Part shown: piece by piece, positions 47,795-56,280 of the stretch
How positions within the stretch are numbered: the first letter of the stretch is position 1
How the letters are laid out: every line of letters starts with the position of its first letter
NCBI GenBank assembly: GCA_965203355.1
Contig: OZ241889.1
Span: 480,001 to 544,000 of the forward strand
DNA length: 64,000 bases
Reading direction: 5' to 3'
DNA from: Candidatus Latescibacterota bacterium
Lineage (GTDB): Bacteria > Latescibacterota > UBA2968 > UBA8231
Position numbers and translations under genes: made by a program
The notes under the pieces: model-generated
Seen by the model: only the letters and a program-made list of their open reading frames with translations
Database searches by the model: none
Told to the model about the DNA's origin: nothing

Positions 47795-48514
47795 TTACGC
47801 CGGATAGAGCGAACTTGCGATCATGCGTAGGGACAGCAGCGTGACCGCGATCCTGAAGACCGTGCGAAAGCGGCTTTCGGAAACCCGGTCGCGCAAGCGC
47901 GTCCCGCACCACGAGCCAAGTGCCGCCGCGCCAATCATCCCAGCAATGAGCAGCAAGTAGGGCGCAAAGGCAAAGCCGACAAAGCCGAAGACTAGGATTT
48001 TGCACAGGTGAGTGACGGTCATTACTGTGCCGTGGGTAATGACCAACCGGTCCTTGGGCAAACCCGCGCTGGCTAAGAAGGCACCGGTCAGGGGACCAGC
48101 GACGCCGACGAAGAGGGCGAGGAAGGTCTGGAGAGCACCGAAAATGGCAAAGTGGCCGGGGAGGCGAAAAGCGCGGCTGGGCACGGGAATCCAGATGACG
48201 AGGAGGATGAAGACGCCCAAGTACAGAGGCAAACCAGCAAAGCTAAAGTCGCCGACGACCTGTGCCCCGGCGATCGCGCCGAGGAACGCACCGCCCGCAA
48301 AAGGCCAAAAGATGCGCCACTCAATGTGCCGCAGGCCAAAGAATACGCGACTCGCGTTGGAGGCGAGCTGCACGGCACCGTGGACGGGGATGATGGCCGC
48401 CGCGGGCAGCAAGCCCGGCATGACCGATAGCAGCGCAATGCCGCCGCCCACGCCGATGATGGCGGTAAAGGTCGAAGTCAGGAAAGAGACGCCGATTAAA
48501 AAAAAAGAATCCAT
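47795..48514 (-). CDS. Sulfite exporter TauE/SafE family membrane protein
   Basis: GVGGG, P.AA.IPVHG.VQLASN, GVAGP, multiple TM helices. Confidence 0.85.
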   Translation of the reverse strand: MDSFFLIGVSFLTSTFTAIIGVGGGIALLSVMPGLLPAAAIIPVHGAVQLASNASRVFFGLRHIEWRIFWPFAGGAFLGAIAGAQVVGDFSFAGLPLYLGVFILLVIWIPVPSRAFRLPGHFAIFGALQTFLALFVGVAGPLTGAFLASAGLPKDRLVITHGTVMTVTHLCKILVFGFVGFAFAPYLLLIAGMIGAAALGSWCGTRLRDRVSESRFRTVFRIAVTLLSLRMIASSLYPA

Positions 48515-49540
48515 TCAGTCGGCGAGCACTTCTTGGGCATAGGCGAACAGGGCGGGGTTGCCGCCCGTGTGTAGGAAGATCGCCTCGCCATCGAGCCGAC
48601 CGTCGCAGGCGTGGACAAAAAGGCCGGCGAGGGCCTTGCTGGTGTACACAGGATCGAGGAGAATGCCTTCCTTGCGCGCCAAAGTGCGCAAGGCGTCCAA
48701 GCCAGCAGGCGTAGGAATGCCGTACCCCTCGCCGACAAAGGAATCGTCGTTATCAAAGTCGGCGGCGTTCATCGCAACGTCGAGGCCGAGGCGGCGAGCG
48801 GCTTGGTTGGCCAAGGCGGCCATGTCCTCGTGGCGGCCGTCGGCACCGGGGAAAGGACAGAAGCCGCGCACTTGAATCGGCGACTCGATATAGGCCAGGC
48901 CCAAAGCTACGCCGGCTTGCGTGGTGTCGAGAGCGGAGAGGTAGAGGTAGGATGGGTTGATGCCTTGCTCTTGGCATTGGCGGGCAAGCTCTACACCCAC
49001 TTCGGCATAGGCGACGACGTCGAGATCAATCGCATCTTCGCGGCGCGGCCAGTACGCGTTTTTGCCCTGTGCGGAAAGCTCCGCGACCTTGGCTTGGAGG
49101 GCGTTTTGTTGGCCGCGCCGATCGCCTTCCGCCAAGACGGTGATCCGTGCGCCGAGCAAGTGCTGTAGCAGGTTGTTGCCTTGCGATTCGGTTCGGTCCA
49201 TTGCGCGAACTGGGCGGAGGATCAGGTGTAGCTCCAAGTCTAGTTTGGCGCAGGCCGCGGCGAGTTGGCGGCAGTAGTTGGACTGCACCGCCGCGCCCGA
49301 GACGATGGTGTCGGCCCCTTTGGCCAAGGCATCGGCCAAGGAAAACTCGAACATCCGCGTCTTGTTGCCGCCAAACGCCAAACCGGTCAGGTCGTCGCGC
49401 TTGATGTAGAGCGCTGGGCTGTCGAGATGAGCGGTTAGGCGCGGCAGCGGCTCCAGCGGGGTCGGGCGGATGGAGGCTAGCTGGACGCGGGGCAACTTAG
49501 CAATGGCTGCGGTGAGGGCGTTCGCTTTTACAGCGTTCAT
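48515..49540 (-). CDS. D-cysteine desulfhydrase / ACC deaminase family PLP enzyme
   Basis: PTPLE, YIKRDDLTGLAFGGNKTR, GAAVQSN, EGILLDPVYTSKA, FLHTGG. Confidence 0.9.
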   Translation of the reverse strand: MNAVKANALTAAIAKLPRVQLASIRPTPLEPLPRLTAHLDSPALYIKRDDLTGLAFGGNKTRMFEFSLADALAKGADTIVSGAAVQSNYCRQLAAACAKLDLELHLILRPVRAMDRTESQGNNLLQHLLGARITVLAEGDRRGQQNALQAKVAELSAQGKNAYWPRREDAIDLDVVAYAEVGVELARQCQEQGINPSYLYLSALDTTQAGVALGLAYIESPIQVRGFCPFPGADGRHEDMAALANQAARRLGLDVAMNAADFDNDDSFVGEGYGIPTPAGLDALRTLARKEGILLDPVYTSKALAGLFVHACDGRLDGEAIFLHTGGNPALFAYAQEVLAD

Positions 49541-50631
49541 ATCGAGTATTCCTTTGGCCAACCTTGGGGCGGCAGTTGGGAGAGGTTGTTTTGGCGGTGG
49601 CACTCTTCGATAACGGCCACTTGGACGCGCACTTGCTGCGGCGTAATCTCGGGTTCGGCTCCCCCGCGCAGCACGGCGAATACGCCACCGTAATAGGCGT
49701 TGGACATATAGGCAAATGCGTTTTGCTCGGCCTTGTTCGGGGCCCAAGACCGCTCAATCATTTTCAGCTCCTCGCGGCAATAGCTCGGGCCGGGCAGCGG
49801 GCTGCGGACGAGCGATTGCTCGGGTGCTGTTTGTGGATCGTAGTAGCGCCAAGCCAACCCCGCCGGGCCACCCGAGAGTCCACCGCGCTCGCCGTGGACG
49901 GTGTACATGGGCTGCGGGAAAGTAGTGCAGGAGGAGATTTCCACGTCAATGACGGGTTTGTCGTGGGTGCGCAGCAGAATTTTGACGTAGTCCTCAGCAT
50001 CGCCAAAGGTGTTTGCGCGATCCATGGCGCAGAGGATTTGGCCCGGCATGTTGAAGTCGAGCAGGCGCATGGCCTGATCCATCGGGTGCGGGCCGGTGTT
50101 GAGCAGGTTGCCGCCCCGATATTCCTGCACGGTCTGCCAGTCCCAGCGGCGGGCGAAGCCGCTGAAGGAGATCGAGATCTGGACGATGCGGCCGAGGACG
50201 CCCGATTCGATGACTTGGAGCATCTTTTGGAATTGGGGCGCATGGCGCGACTGCTGGAAGGGCAGGAGCAAGCGAGCGGCCTTGTGGGCGGCGGCAATCA
50301 TGGTGTCGAGTTCGACCACGCTCCAAGCGAGCGGTTTTTCGCAGATGGTGTGGTGGCCGGCACTAAGAGAATCAATGGTGGCTTGAGGATGGAGATGGCT
50401 GGGCAGGGCATTGACGACCAATTCGATGTCACCGCGCACAAGGAGGTCGCGGTAGTCGGCGTATGCGCGGCAGCCCATTTCGCTTTGGGCGCGCTGACGG
50501 CGGTCTTCAAGGAGGTCGGCGACAGCGACGATTTGGTATTTGTGCGGGGCGGTCTTGAAGTAGCGGCAGTGGATGTCGAGGCCGGAGCGGCCTTGGCCGA
50601 GCACGGCGACGCGGATGGGTTCTTTTTTCAT
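49537..50631 (-). CDS. Gfo/Idh/MocA family oxidoreductase
   Basis: VAVLGQGRSG, ICEKP, GGNLLNTGPHPMDQ. Confidence 0.9.
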   Translation of the reverse strand: MKKEPIRVAVLGQGRSGLDIHCRYFKTAPHKYQIVAVADLLEDRRQRAQSEMGCRAYADYRDLLVRGDIELVVNALPSHLHPQATIDSLSAGHHTICEKPLAWSVVELDTMIAAAHKAARLLLPFQQSRHAPQFQKMLQVIESGVLGRIVQISISFSGFARRWDWQTVQEYRGGNLLNTGPHPMDQAMRLLDFNMPGQILCAMDRANTFGDAEDYVKILLRTHDKPVIDVEISSCTTFPQPMYTVHGERGGLSGGPAGLAWRYYDPQTAPEQSLVRSPLPGPSYCREELKMIERSWAPNKAEQNAFAYMSNAYYGGVFAVLRGGAEPEITPQQVRVQVAVIEECHRQNNLSQLPPQGWPKEYSI

Positions 50632-50764
50632 AGGCAAGATAAGTGGCTCCGCAAAGGGGATGGGCGTTTATGTTGTGGGTTGAGAGGCAGGGTGTCAAGG
50701 GTTTGTGAAGGGGGATTGAGATGCGTAGTTTACGTGGCCACAGAGCAGGATAGCGAAAGAAAAC

Positions 50765-51577
50765 ATGAAGCACGTTCGTCTCAACGAATTGGCCCAAGAG
50801 GGAGGGCCGATCTTTGCGGGGTTGCAGCGACAGACGCCGTGGTCGGCATTCGACTATTGGGTGTTGGCACCAAGGGAAATGCGCTCGGTGGCAGGTACAG
50901 GAATGCCTTGTGAACAGGGTTATGTGTTTATGGACGGGCCGGTGGCGTTGACCGTGGGACAGCGGCGCGCAGAAAGCGGCGAAGGGCCTGGCTTTATCGT
51001 CGAACCTACCGGGTGCGCGCACAAACTGAAAAACTTGACCGACATGCCGGTGCAAGTGCTACGCGTACGCGTCGCGATGGACGTTGACGCAGAGACGCAA
51101 CAACGTCTAGCCGACCGCTTTTGGCAAGGGTTGGGTAGCAAAACGGACGCGATGCAGGATTTACCTCTCCTCAGTGGGACTTTTGACGAACAAGCCTTAG
51201 AGTGGCGCGACGCAATTCACGGCGGCTGCGGGCAGATCGCCACTCGGCACGCGCTCTCACCCGATGACTTCTACAGCGACTGGACCTTTCTCGATCATGC
51301 AATTCTCGACGCGGACGGCTCGGTGGGGTATCACTATCACGACTTTCTCGAAGAGAGCTTTGTGGTGCTGAAGGGACAAGGGCTGATGACTATTGCCGAC
51401 GAAACCTTTGCCGTGGGGCCGGGGTCGGTTACTTGGCAGGGCATTGGGCAAGGGCACGGCATCTACAACTCCGGGCCGGAAAAGCTGGAGTTTGTGCGCA
51501 TCGCCGTGAAACAAGCATCCGCGAAATACACTACCATCGACTTGCACGACGATTTGTCGGCACACCAACCGACTTGA
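50765..51577 (+). CDS. Cupin-domain protein (two cupin-like halves)
   Basis: GYHYHDFLEESFVVLKGQG...GQGHGIYNSG; degenerate N-terminal cupin (AHKLKN). Confidence 0.8.
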   Translation: MKHVRLNELAQEGGPIFAGLQRQTPWSAFDYWVLAPREMRSVAGTGMPCEQGYVFMDGPVALTVGQRRAESGEGPGFIVEPTGCAHKLKNLTDMPVQVLRVRVAMDVDAETQQRLADRFWQGLGSKTDAMQDLPLLSGTFDEQALEWRDAIHGGCGQIATRHALSPDDFYSDWTFLDHAILDADGSVGYHYHDFLEESFVVLKGQGLMTIADETFAVGPGSVTWQGIGQGHGIYNSGPEKLEFVRIAVKQASAKYTTIDLHDDLSAHQPT

Positions 51578-51589
51578 GGAAGGAAAACC

Positions 51590-52561
51590 ATGAACCACGC
51601 CGATACAGTACAGCGCATGGCCGAGGCCGCCAGCAATTTCCTCGCGTCCTTAGATGCGGCCGGGCGCCAGCAAGCCGCGATCGACTTTGCCGACAGCACG
51701 GAGCGCAAAAACTGGCACTACATTCCGCGGGAACGCGCCGGATTACCGATCAAGGAAATGGACGAGTGCCAGCGGGCGCTAGCGTACGCGCTAGTAGCAA
51801 CCGGAGTCAGCGCGTCCGGGTACGAAAAGGTCTCGACGATCATTTCGCTGGAGCCGATACTCGCCGAGTTAGAGGGAGCCGGGCGGCGTTTCCAGCGCGA
51901 TCCCGAGCTGTACTACGTGAGCGTTTTCGGCGAGCCGGGCCGAGACGCATCCTGGGGCTGGCGCTTTGAGGGCCATCACGTCTCGCTCAACTATACGGTA
52001 GTAGAAGGTCGGATGCTGGGATCTACGCCGTTGTTTTTTGGCGCCAACCCCGCCGAAGTGCGCCACGGCGAACAAGCTGGACTGCGCGCTTTGCGGGAGG
52101 AGGAAGATTTGGGCCGTCAGCTTTTGCGCGAATTAGACGGCGAACAAAAAGCGGTGGCCATCATCAGTGCCGAAGCTCCAACGGACATCCTCACAACCAA
52201 TGTGCCCCACGTGCGCGGCGAGGTCGAGCCAGCGGGGTTGGGCAGCGCGGATATGAGCGCGGCACAGCGCCAAGTCTTGGACGCCTTGATCGAAGTGTAC
52301 GTACGGCGCTTGCCCGAAGCGGTGGCCGAAGCCGAATGGGCGCGGCTCGGAGCAGCCTATTTGCGGGCGGCGCACTTTGCTTGGGCTGGCGCGGAGGAAC
52401 GCGGGAGGCCACACTACTACCGCGTACAAGGGCCGAGTTTCCTCGCCGAGTACGACAATACCCAAAACGACGCCAACCACATCCACGCGGTCTGGCGCGA
52501 CCTGAGCAACGATTTCGGCGAGGATCTGCTCAGACGACACTATCGGCAGAACCACAGATAA
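51590..52561 (+). CDS. DUF3500 domain protein
   Basis: RKNWHYIP, WGWRFEGHHVSLN, TPLFFGANP, YYRVQGP, NHIHAVWRD. Confidence 0.87.
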   Translation: MNHADTVQRMAEAASNFLASLDAAGRQQAAIDFADSTERKNWHYIPRERAGLPIKEMDECQRALAYALVATGVSASGYEKVSTIISLEPILAELEGAGRRFQRDPELYYVSVFGEPGRDASWGWRFEGHHVSLNYTVVEGRMLGSTPLFFGANPAEVRHGEQAGLRALREEEDLGRQLLRELDGEQKAVAIISAEAPTDILTTNVPHVRGEVEPAGLGSADMSAAQRQVLDALIEVYVRRLPEAVAEAEWARLGAAYLRAAHFAWAGAEERGRPHYYRVQGPSFLAEYDNTQNDANHIHAVWRDLSNDFGEDLLRRHYRQNHR

Positions 52562-52569
52562 AGTAAGAA

Positions 52570-54705
52570 TTGGCAGAGAACTCTTTGACCGGTACGGCCG
52601 TTTTCGGTTTACGCGCTGCGTTTTACGAACAATTGCACTGCCGCTACCAGCGCCATCAGTTCGACAACTGGCAGGTCTGGGGCGGCAACCTGACCATTGA
52701 AATCGACGGGCGGGTTTGCGGGCCGCCCCTCGCCAGGGCCTATATCGAATCCGGCAAGACAGCGGCCCGCGCCCGAGTGCGCTGCGAGCTTTTCGTCGCC
52801 GCTGTTGACCCGCACCAAGTCCAGCCGGGCGATGTGGATGCGCGGCTGTGGACCGATGCCAGCGGGACCCATGATTACGTAGCAATGCGGCTACTTGTCG
52901 ATGCGGAAGGAGTTCCCATCCTCGCGGGCAACAACCTCGTCTTTGAATCGGCGGCTTTCGCGCTCGAGCGCACCGGCACCTTCAACTACGCAGTAGAATT
53001 TTCTGCCGACAGCTACGCCGAGGCTGGACGCAAGGAATGGATCAGCCTCAACGACTTGGCCGAAAACCGCGACGGGCTCGTCGTCGTCAGCCCGGAGTGG
53101 GTGCGCAAGGGGCCAACGATCGCCGAGGTGTGCGCTCGCAAGGTCGGTGCATGCGTTGCAGAAGGCCACTTCCGCTCGGGCCGGCTCGCCGAACTGACGC
53201 GGCGTTTAGACTCCATTCCGGCCGACGTGATCTACTTGCTGCCCTTCTTTCGACCGGGTTTTACGGACCTGCACACCGGCGAGGATGTGCGCAAGGGGGC
53301 CCTCGGCAGCGTCTATGCGGTTCAAGACTTTTTTCAAATTGACCCCGAACTCGTTTCGCCAGCCGAGGAAGTGGATTGGGGGGCCTTGGTGGCTGAGGGT
53401 TTCTTGCGCTCAGAGGAAGTGGAAAGTTTCGCCGAACTGTCGGTGGTCCAAGCGGAAAAGGCGCTCGGCCGCGGCCCTTTCGCGCAACTCGTCGGTCGCG
53501 CTGAGTTGCGCGCGCTGACTAAGAAAGCGCACACCCTCGGCAAGAAGGTCATCTTCGACTTGGTGCTGATGCAGAGCAGCCGCGACTGCCCGCTGATCGC
53601 CGAGCATCCTGAATGGTATCTGCGCGACGAGCGCGGGGTGCCGCAAATCCATCAGATCGCTTGGCTGGTCTATTCGGACGTGGCGCTCTTTGACTTGGTT
53701 TACAATCGGCCATTGCAAGAGTACCTACTGGAGATCGCTCCGTATTGGATCGAGCAATGCGGATTCGACGGCGTGCGGATTGACGCCAGCCAGACCATTG
53801 ATCGGCCTTTTCTCAAAAAGCTCAAAAACCGCATCCAAGCGGCCGCGCCCGAGGCGTTGGTGCTGGGCGAAACGCTGTGCCCGCTGACCGAGGCCGTGGA
53901 CGTGCCGACAGATATGATCTACGCGCTCTTAGTTGACTACCACCGCGACGTCGAACACGCCCAGCCCCTCATCCATTTCCTAGAGGAGATGAATTGCACC
54001 TTCGCGCCTGGTACCGTGGCCATGGCCTACTTTGAAAACCACGACAGCCCGCGCGCCACCCAAGTGTGGCACGAGCGGTTTCGAGAACTCTTGCGCTGCG
54101 ACGAGCAGGCGCGGGACTACTGGCGGAATCTGACCTGTTCCAGCCAGCCAGATCCGAGCGATCGAGCGCAACTGATGGCATTGCTCAAGAACTTGCAGGC
54201 CGCCTTGATCGACTGCTCGGCCGGTTCGGCCTCTAAGTGCAATCTGACGCGGGGTTTGGAGTTGGGCAGCGATTGGGGCGAGGAAACGCGCACTGACTTT
54301 GAAAACGAAACCCTTTTGCACTTCGACCAAGCCACGCGCCAGCCACACGCCAGCCTAGCGAGGGCCTACGGGCGTCTCTTTGCACTGCAAAAGGAGTGGC
54401 CGGAGTTTTGCGACGGAGAGATTTACTTCCACCGCAACGAGTTTGCCGGCGGCGACCCCGACGACCGCATTCTGGCGTATGTGCGCTATACTGAGCAAGG
54501 CACGCTACTGGTGGTACACAACTTTGATCCGCGCGCCGTGCGGCAGGCGTCCTACCATCTCGATTATTTGCCGCAGTCGCCCACATCGCGCCAAAAGTGC
54601 TTCGACACATACGAAGCCCTTGCGATTGAGGCCATACCCTCCAGTGAGGAGATCGCGGCAGTCAGCCTCATGCCATTGCAGACGCAGGTGTGGCGACTTT
54701 ACTGA
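52570..54705 (+). CDS. GH13 alpha-amylase family glycosidase/transglycosylase with N-terminal extra domain
   Basis: IYLLP, GSVYAVQDF, KVIFDLV, GFDGVRIDA (nucleophile), LGET (acid/base), FENHD. Confidence 0.8.
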   Translation: MAENSLTGTAVFGLRAAFYEQLHCRYQRHQFDNWQVWGGNLTIEIDGRVCGPPLARAYIESGKTAARARVRCELFVAAVDPHQVQPGDVDARLWTDASGTHDYVAMRLLVDAEGVPILAGNNLVFESAAFALERTGTFNYAVEFSADSYAEAGRKEWISLNDLAENRDGLVVVSPEWVRKGPTIAEVCARKVGACVAEGHFRSGRLAELTRRLDSIPADVIYLLPFFRPGFTDLHTGEDVRKGALGSVYAVQDFFQIDPELVSPAEEVDWGALVAEGFLRSEEVESFAELSVVQAEKALGRGPFAQLVGRAELRALTKKAHTLGKKVIFDLVLMQSSRDCPLIAEHPEWYLRDERGVPQIHQIAWLVYSDVALFDLVYNRPLQEYLLEIAPYWIEQCGFDGVRIDASQTIDRPFLKKLKNRIQAAAPEALVLGETLCPLTEAVDVPTDMIYALLVDYHRDVEHAQPLIHFLEEMNCTFAPGTVAMAYFENHDSPRATQVWHERFRELLRCDEQARDYWRNLTCSSQPDPSDRAQLMALLKNLQAALIDCSAGSASKCNLTRGLELGSDWGEETRTDFENETLLHFDQATRQPHASLARAYGRLFALQKEWPEFCDGEIYFHRNEFAGGDPDDRILAYVRYTEQGTLLVVHNFDPRAVRQASYHLDYLPQSPTSRQKCFDTYEALAIEAIPSSEEIAAVSLMPLQTQVWRLY

Positions 54706-54728
54706 ACCTAAACAAGAGGAGTACGAAC

Positions 54729-55535
54729 ATGGCAAAAATCGGCGCAATCCACTACAACTGGCCCGGCTGCGACTTAGAGGGCTTTGCCCGGCGGGCCAGC
54801 GAAATCGGCTATCGCTACTGCGAGTTGCCGATCGGCGATATATGGGATGGCGAGTCCAAAAACGGCGAGCAGACCGCCGCGGCCACCCGCGAGTTATTGG
54901 CCAAATACGGGATGCAAGCCTCGGCCGTCGCGGCTGGCAACGACTTTCTGCAAGCCGATGGCCGCGACTTGGACGCGCAAATTGAGCGCTATCGCTACGT
55001 CTGCCAGATCATTCCCATAACCGGCACCGACATCGTGCGCTCGGACGGCGGCTGGAACAGCAACGGCGCAGTCCCTGAAGACCAGTGGGACGCCATGCTG
55101 CTCGAAGCCTTCAAGCGCTGCGCTGATTTTCTCGAAGAATACGACGTGCGCATTGCCCTCGACAACCACGGGACTTCCACCAACGATGGCGACTGGCAAT
55201 TAAGCCTGATCGAGCGCGTTGGCTCGGACCGGCTCGGCGTCAACTTGGACACCATGAACTACCGCTGGTTCGGGCACGAGTTGGACCAGATCGACCGCTT
55301 CTACGAAATACTGGCTCCGCATGTCTTCCACACTCACCTGAAGGACGGAACCGGCGCGCGGCAAAACTACAAAGGGGCCGCATTGGGCGAGGGCGAGATC
55401 CATCTCGACCACGCGGTCCAGTGCCTCAAGGCGGCCGGCTACGACGGCGCTTGGATAGCTGAATACGAAGGGCCGGAGACCGAGGGACAGGTGGGATACG
55501 AAAAGTGCTACCGCTGGCTGGCAAAAAACGTCTGA
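54729..55535 (+). CDS. Sugar phosphate isomerase/epimerase (xylose isomerase-like TIM barrel)
   Basis: ALDNHG, NLDTMN, HTHLKDG, LGEGEI, YDG...AEYEG. Confidence 0.87.
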   Translation: MAKIGAIHYNWPGCDLEGFARRASEIGYRYCELPIGDIWDGESKNGEQTAAATRELLAKYGMQASAVAAGNDFLQADGRDLDAQIERYRYVCQIIPITGTDIVRSDGGWNSNGAVPEDQWDAMLLEAFKRCADFLEEYDVRIALDNHGTSTNDGDWQLSLIERVGSDRLGVNLDTMNYRWFGHELDQIDRFYEILAPHVFHTHLKDGTGARQNYKGAALGEGEIHLDHAVQCLKAAGYDGAWIAEYEGPETEGQVGYEKCYRWLAKNV

Positions 55536-55613
55536 ACCAACTACGCCCTTTGTTGCGGAGCGATTGGTTGGCATCGGTCTCGCGTTTTGTTTCTAACGGT
55601 GCTTAGAGTATGA

Positions 55614-56069
55614 TCAGAGCTTGATGACGGCGATGAGGATGCCAGTGATGGCGACCAAGGTGGTCATCGTCCACTTGAAATGGCTATCCATGCGCTTGTT
55701 GGTCTCGTCAATGCGGTGATGAACCGCCTGAATCTGTTCGCCCAACGAGAGTTTGGTCTCGTCGATGCGGTGGTGAACCGCCTGAATCTGTTCGCCCAAC
55801 GAGCGATTCGTTTCGTCGATGCGGTGATGAACCGCTTGGATTTGTTCACCCAACGAGCGATTCGTCTCGTCGATGCGGTGGTGAACCGCTTGGATTTGTT
55901 CACCCAACGAGCGATTCGTCTCGTCAATGCGCTTATTGGTCTCGTCAATGCGGTGGTGAACCGCTCCTACTTGGTTGCGCAGATCTTGTATGTCTTCGCG
56001 CAGGTAGCTGATGCCCCAGTGCAGATTTTCGGGGACGGGACGAGGTTGAGGGTTGGAACTTTCGGTCAT
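55614..56069 (-). CDS. Coiled-coil tandem-repeat protein with C-terminal membrane anchor (DUF1640/Bdr-like architecture)
   Basis: Repeats of SLGEQIQAVHHRIDETNR, C-terminal FKWTMTTLVAITGILIAVIKL; RBS AAGGAG before the ATG at 56069. Confidence 0.78.
   Translation of the reverse strand: MTESSNPQPRPVPENLHWGISYLREDIQDLRNQVGAVHHRIDETNKRIDETNRSLGEQIQAVHHRIDETNRSLGEQIQAVHHRIDETNRSLGEQIQAVHHRIDETKLSLGEQIQAVHHRIDETNKRMDSHFKWTMTTLVAITGILIAVIKL
55701..55964. repeat. 54-bp coding tandem repeat (4 full units plus partial units)
   Basis: Units start at 55701, 55755, 55809, 55863; then a 21-bp unit and a partial unit. Confidence 0.9.
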
Positions 56070-56130
56070 GGAAGACTCCTTGAGGGCATTAATATGATTG
56101 CTCAAAAGTAGAAAAGCAATCTACATGCCA

Positions 56131-56280
56131 ACGCCGACCTCTGAGTAGGAGCGGTACGCAGCTAGTTCCATCTGTGTGCATCCGCACACACCGATGGATG
56201 CGTTTCGCTACACTGAGGTGAACGAGGAGCGGGGTGATGGGCGTCGGCGCGGACGCGATAGGCAGGCTGTCGCACCTACT
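56131..56280. repeat. Palindromic GTAG-type REP-like cluster / long hairpin downstream of hrpA
   Basis: TCCATC-TGTGTGC-ATCC-GCACACA-CC-GATGGA stem; GTAG at 56145 and CTAC at 56208 and 56276; GCGATAG/CTGTCGC stem next to the hrpA stop. Confidence 0.4.

Noticed and set aside
49564-50913. Long antisense ORFs (e.g. 449 aa here and 369 aa at 40188-41297)
   Set aside because: They are shadows of well-supported genes on the opposite strand, as expected in GC-rich DNA.
55701-55964. Regular direct repeats resembling a CRISPR array
   Set aside because: The units are contiguous with no unique spacers, are a multiple of 3 bp and are in-frame in a coding gene; no cas genes are present.
33008-56121. Additional AAGCAATC copies (56114; reverse complement at 33008)
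   Set aside because: Not adjacent to MITE ends and consistent with chance or TTGCTT -35 boxes; noted because they slightly temper the TSD argument.
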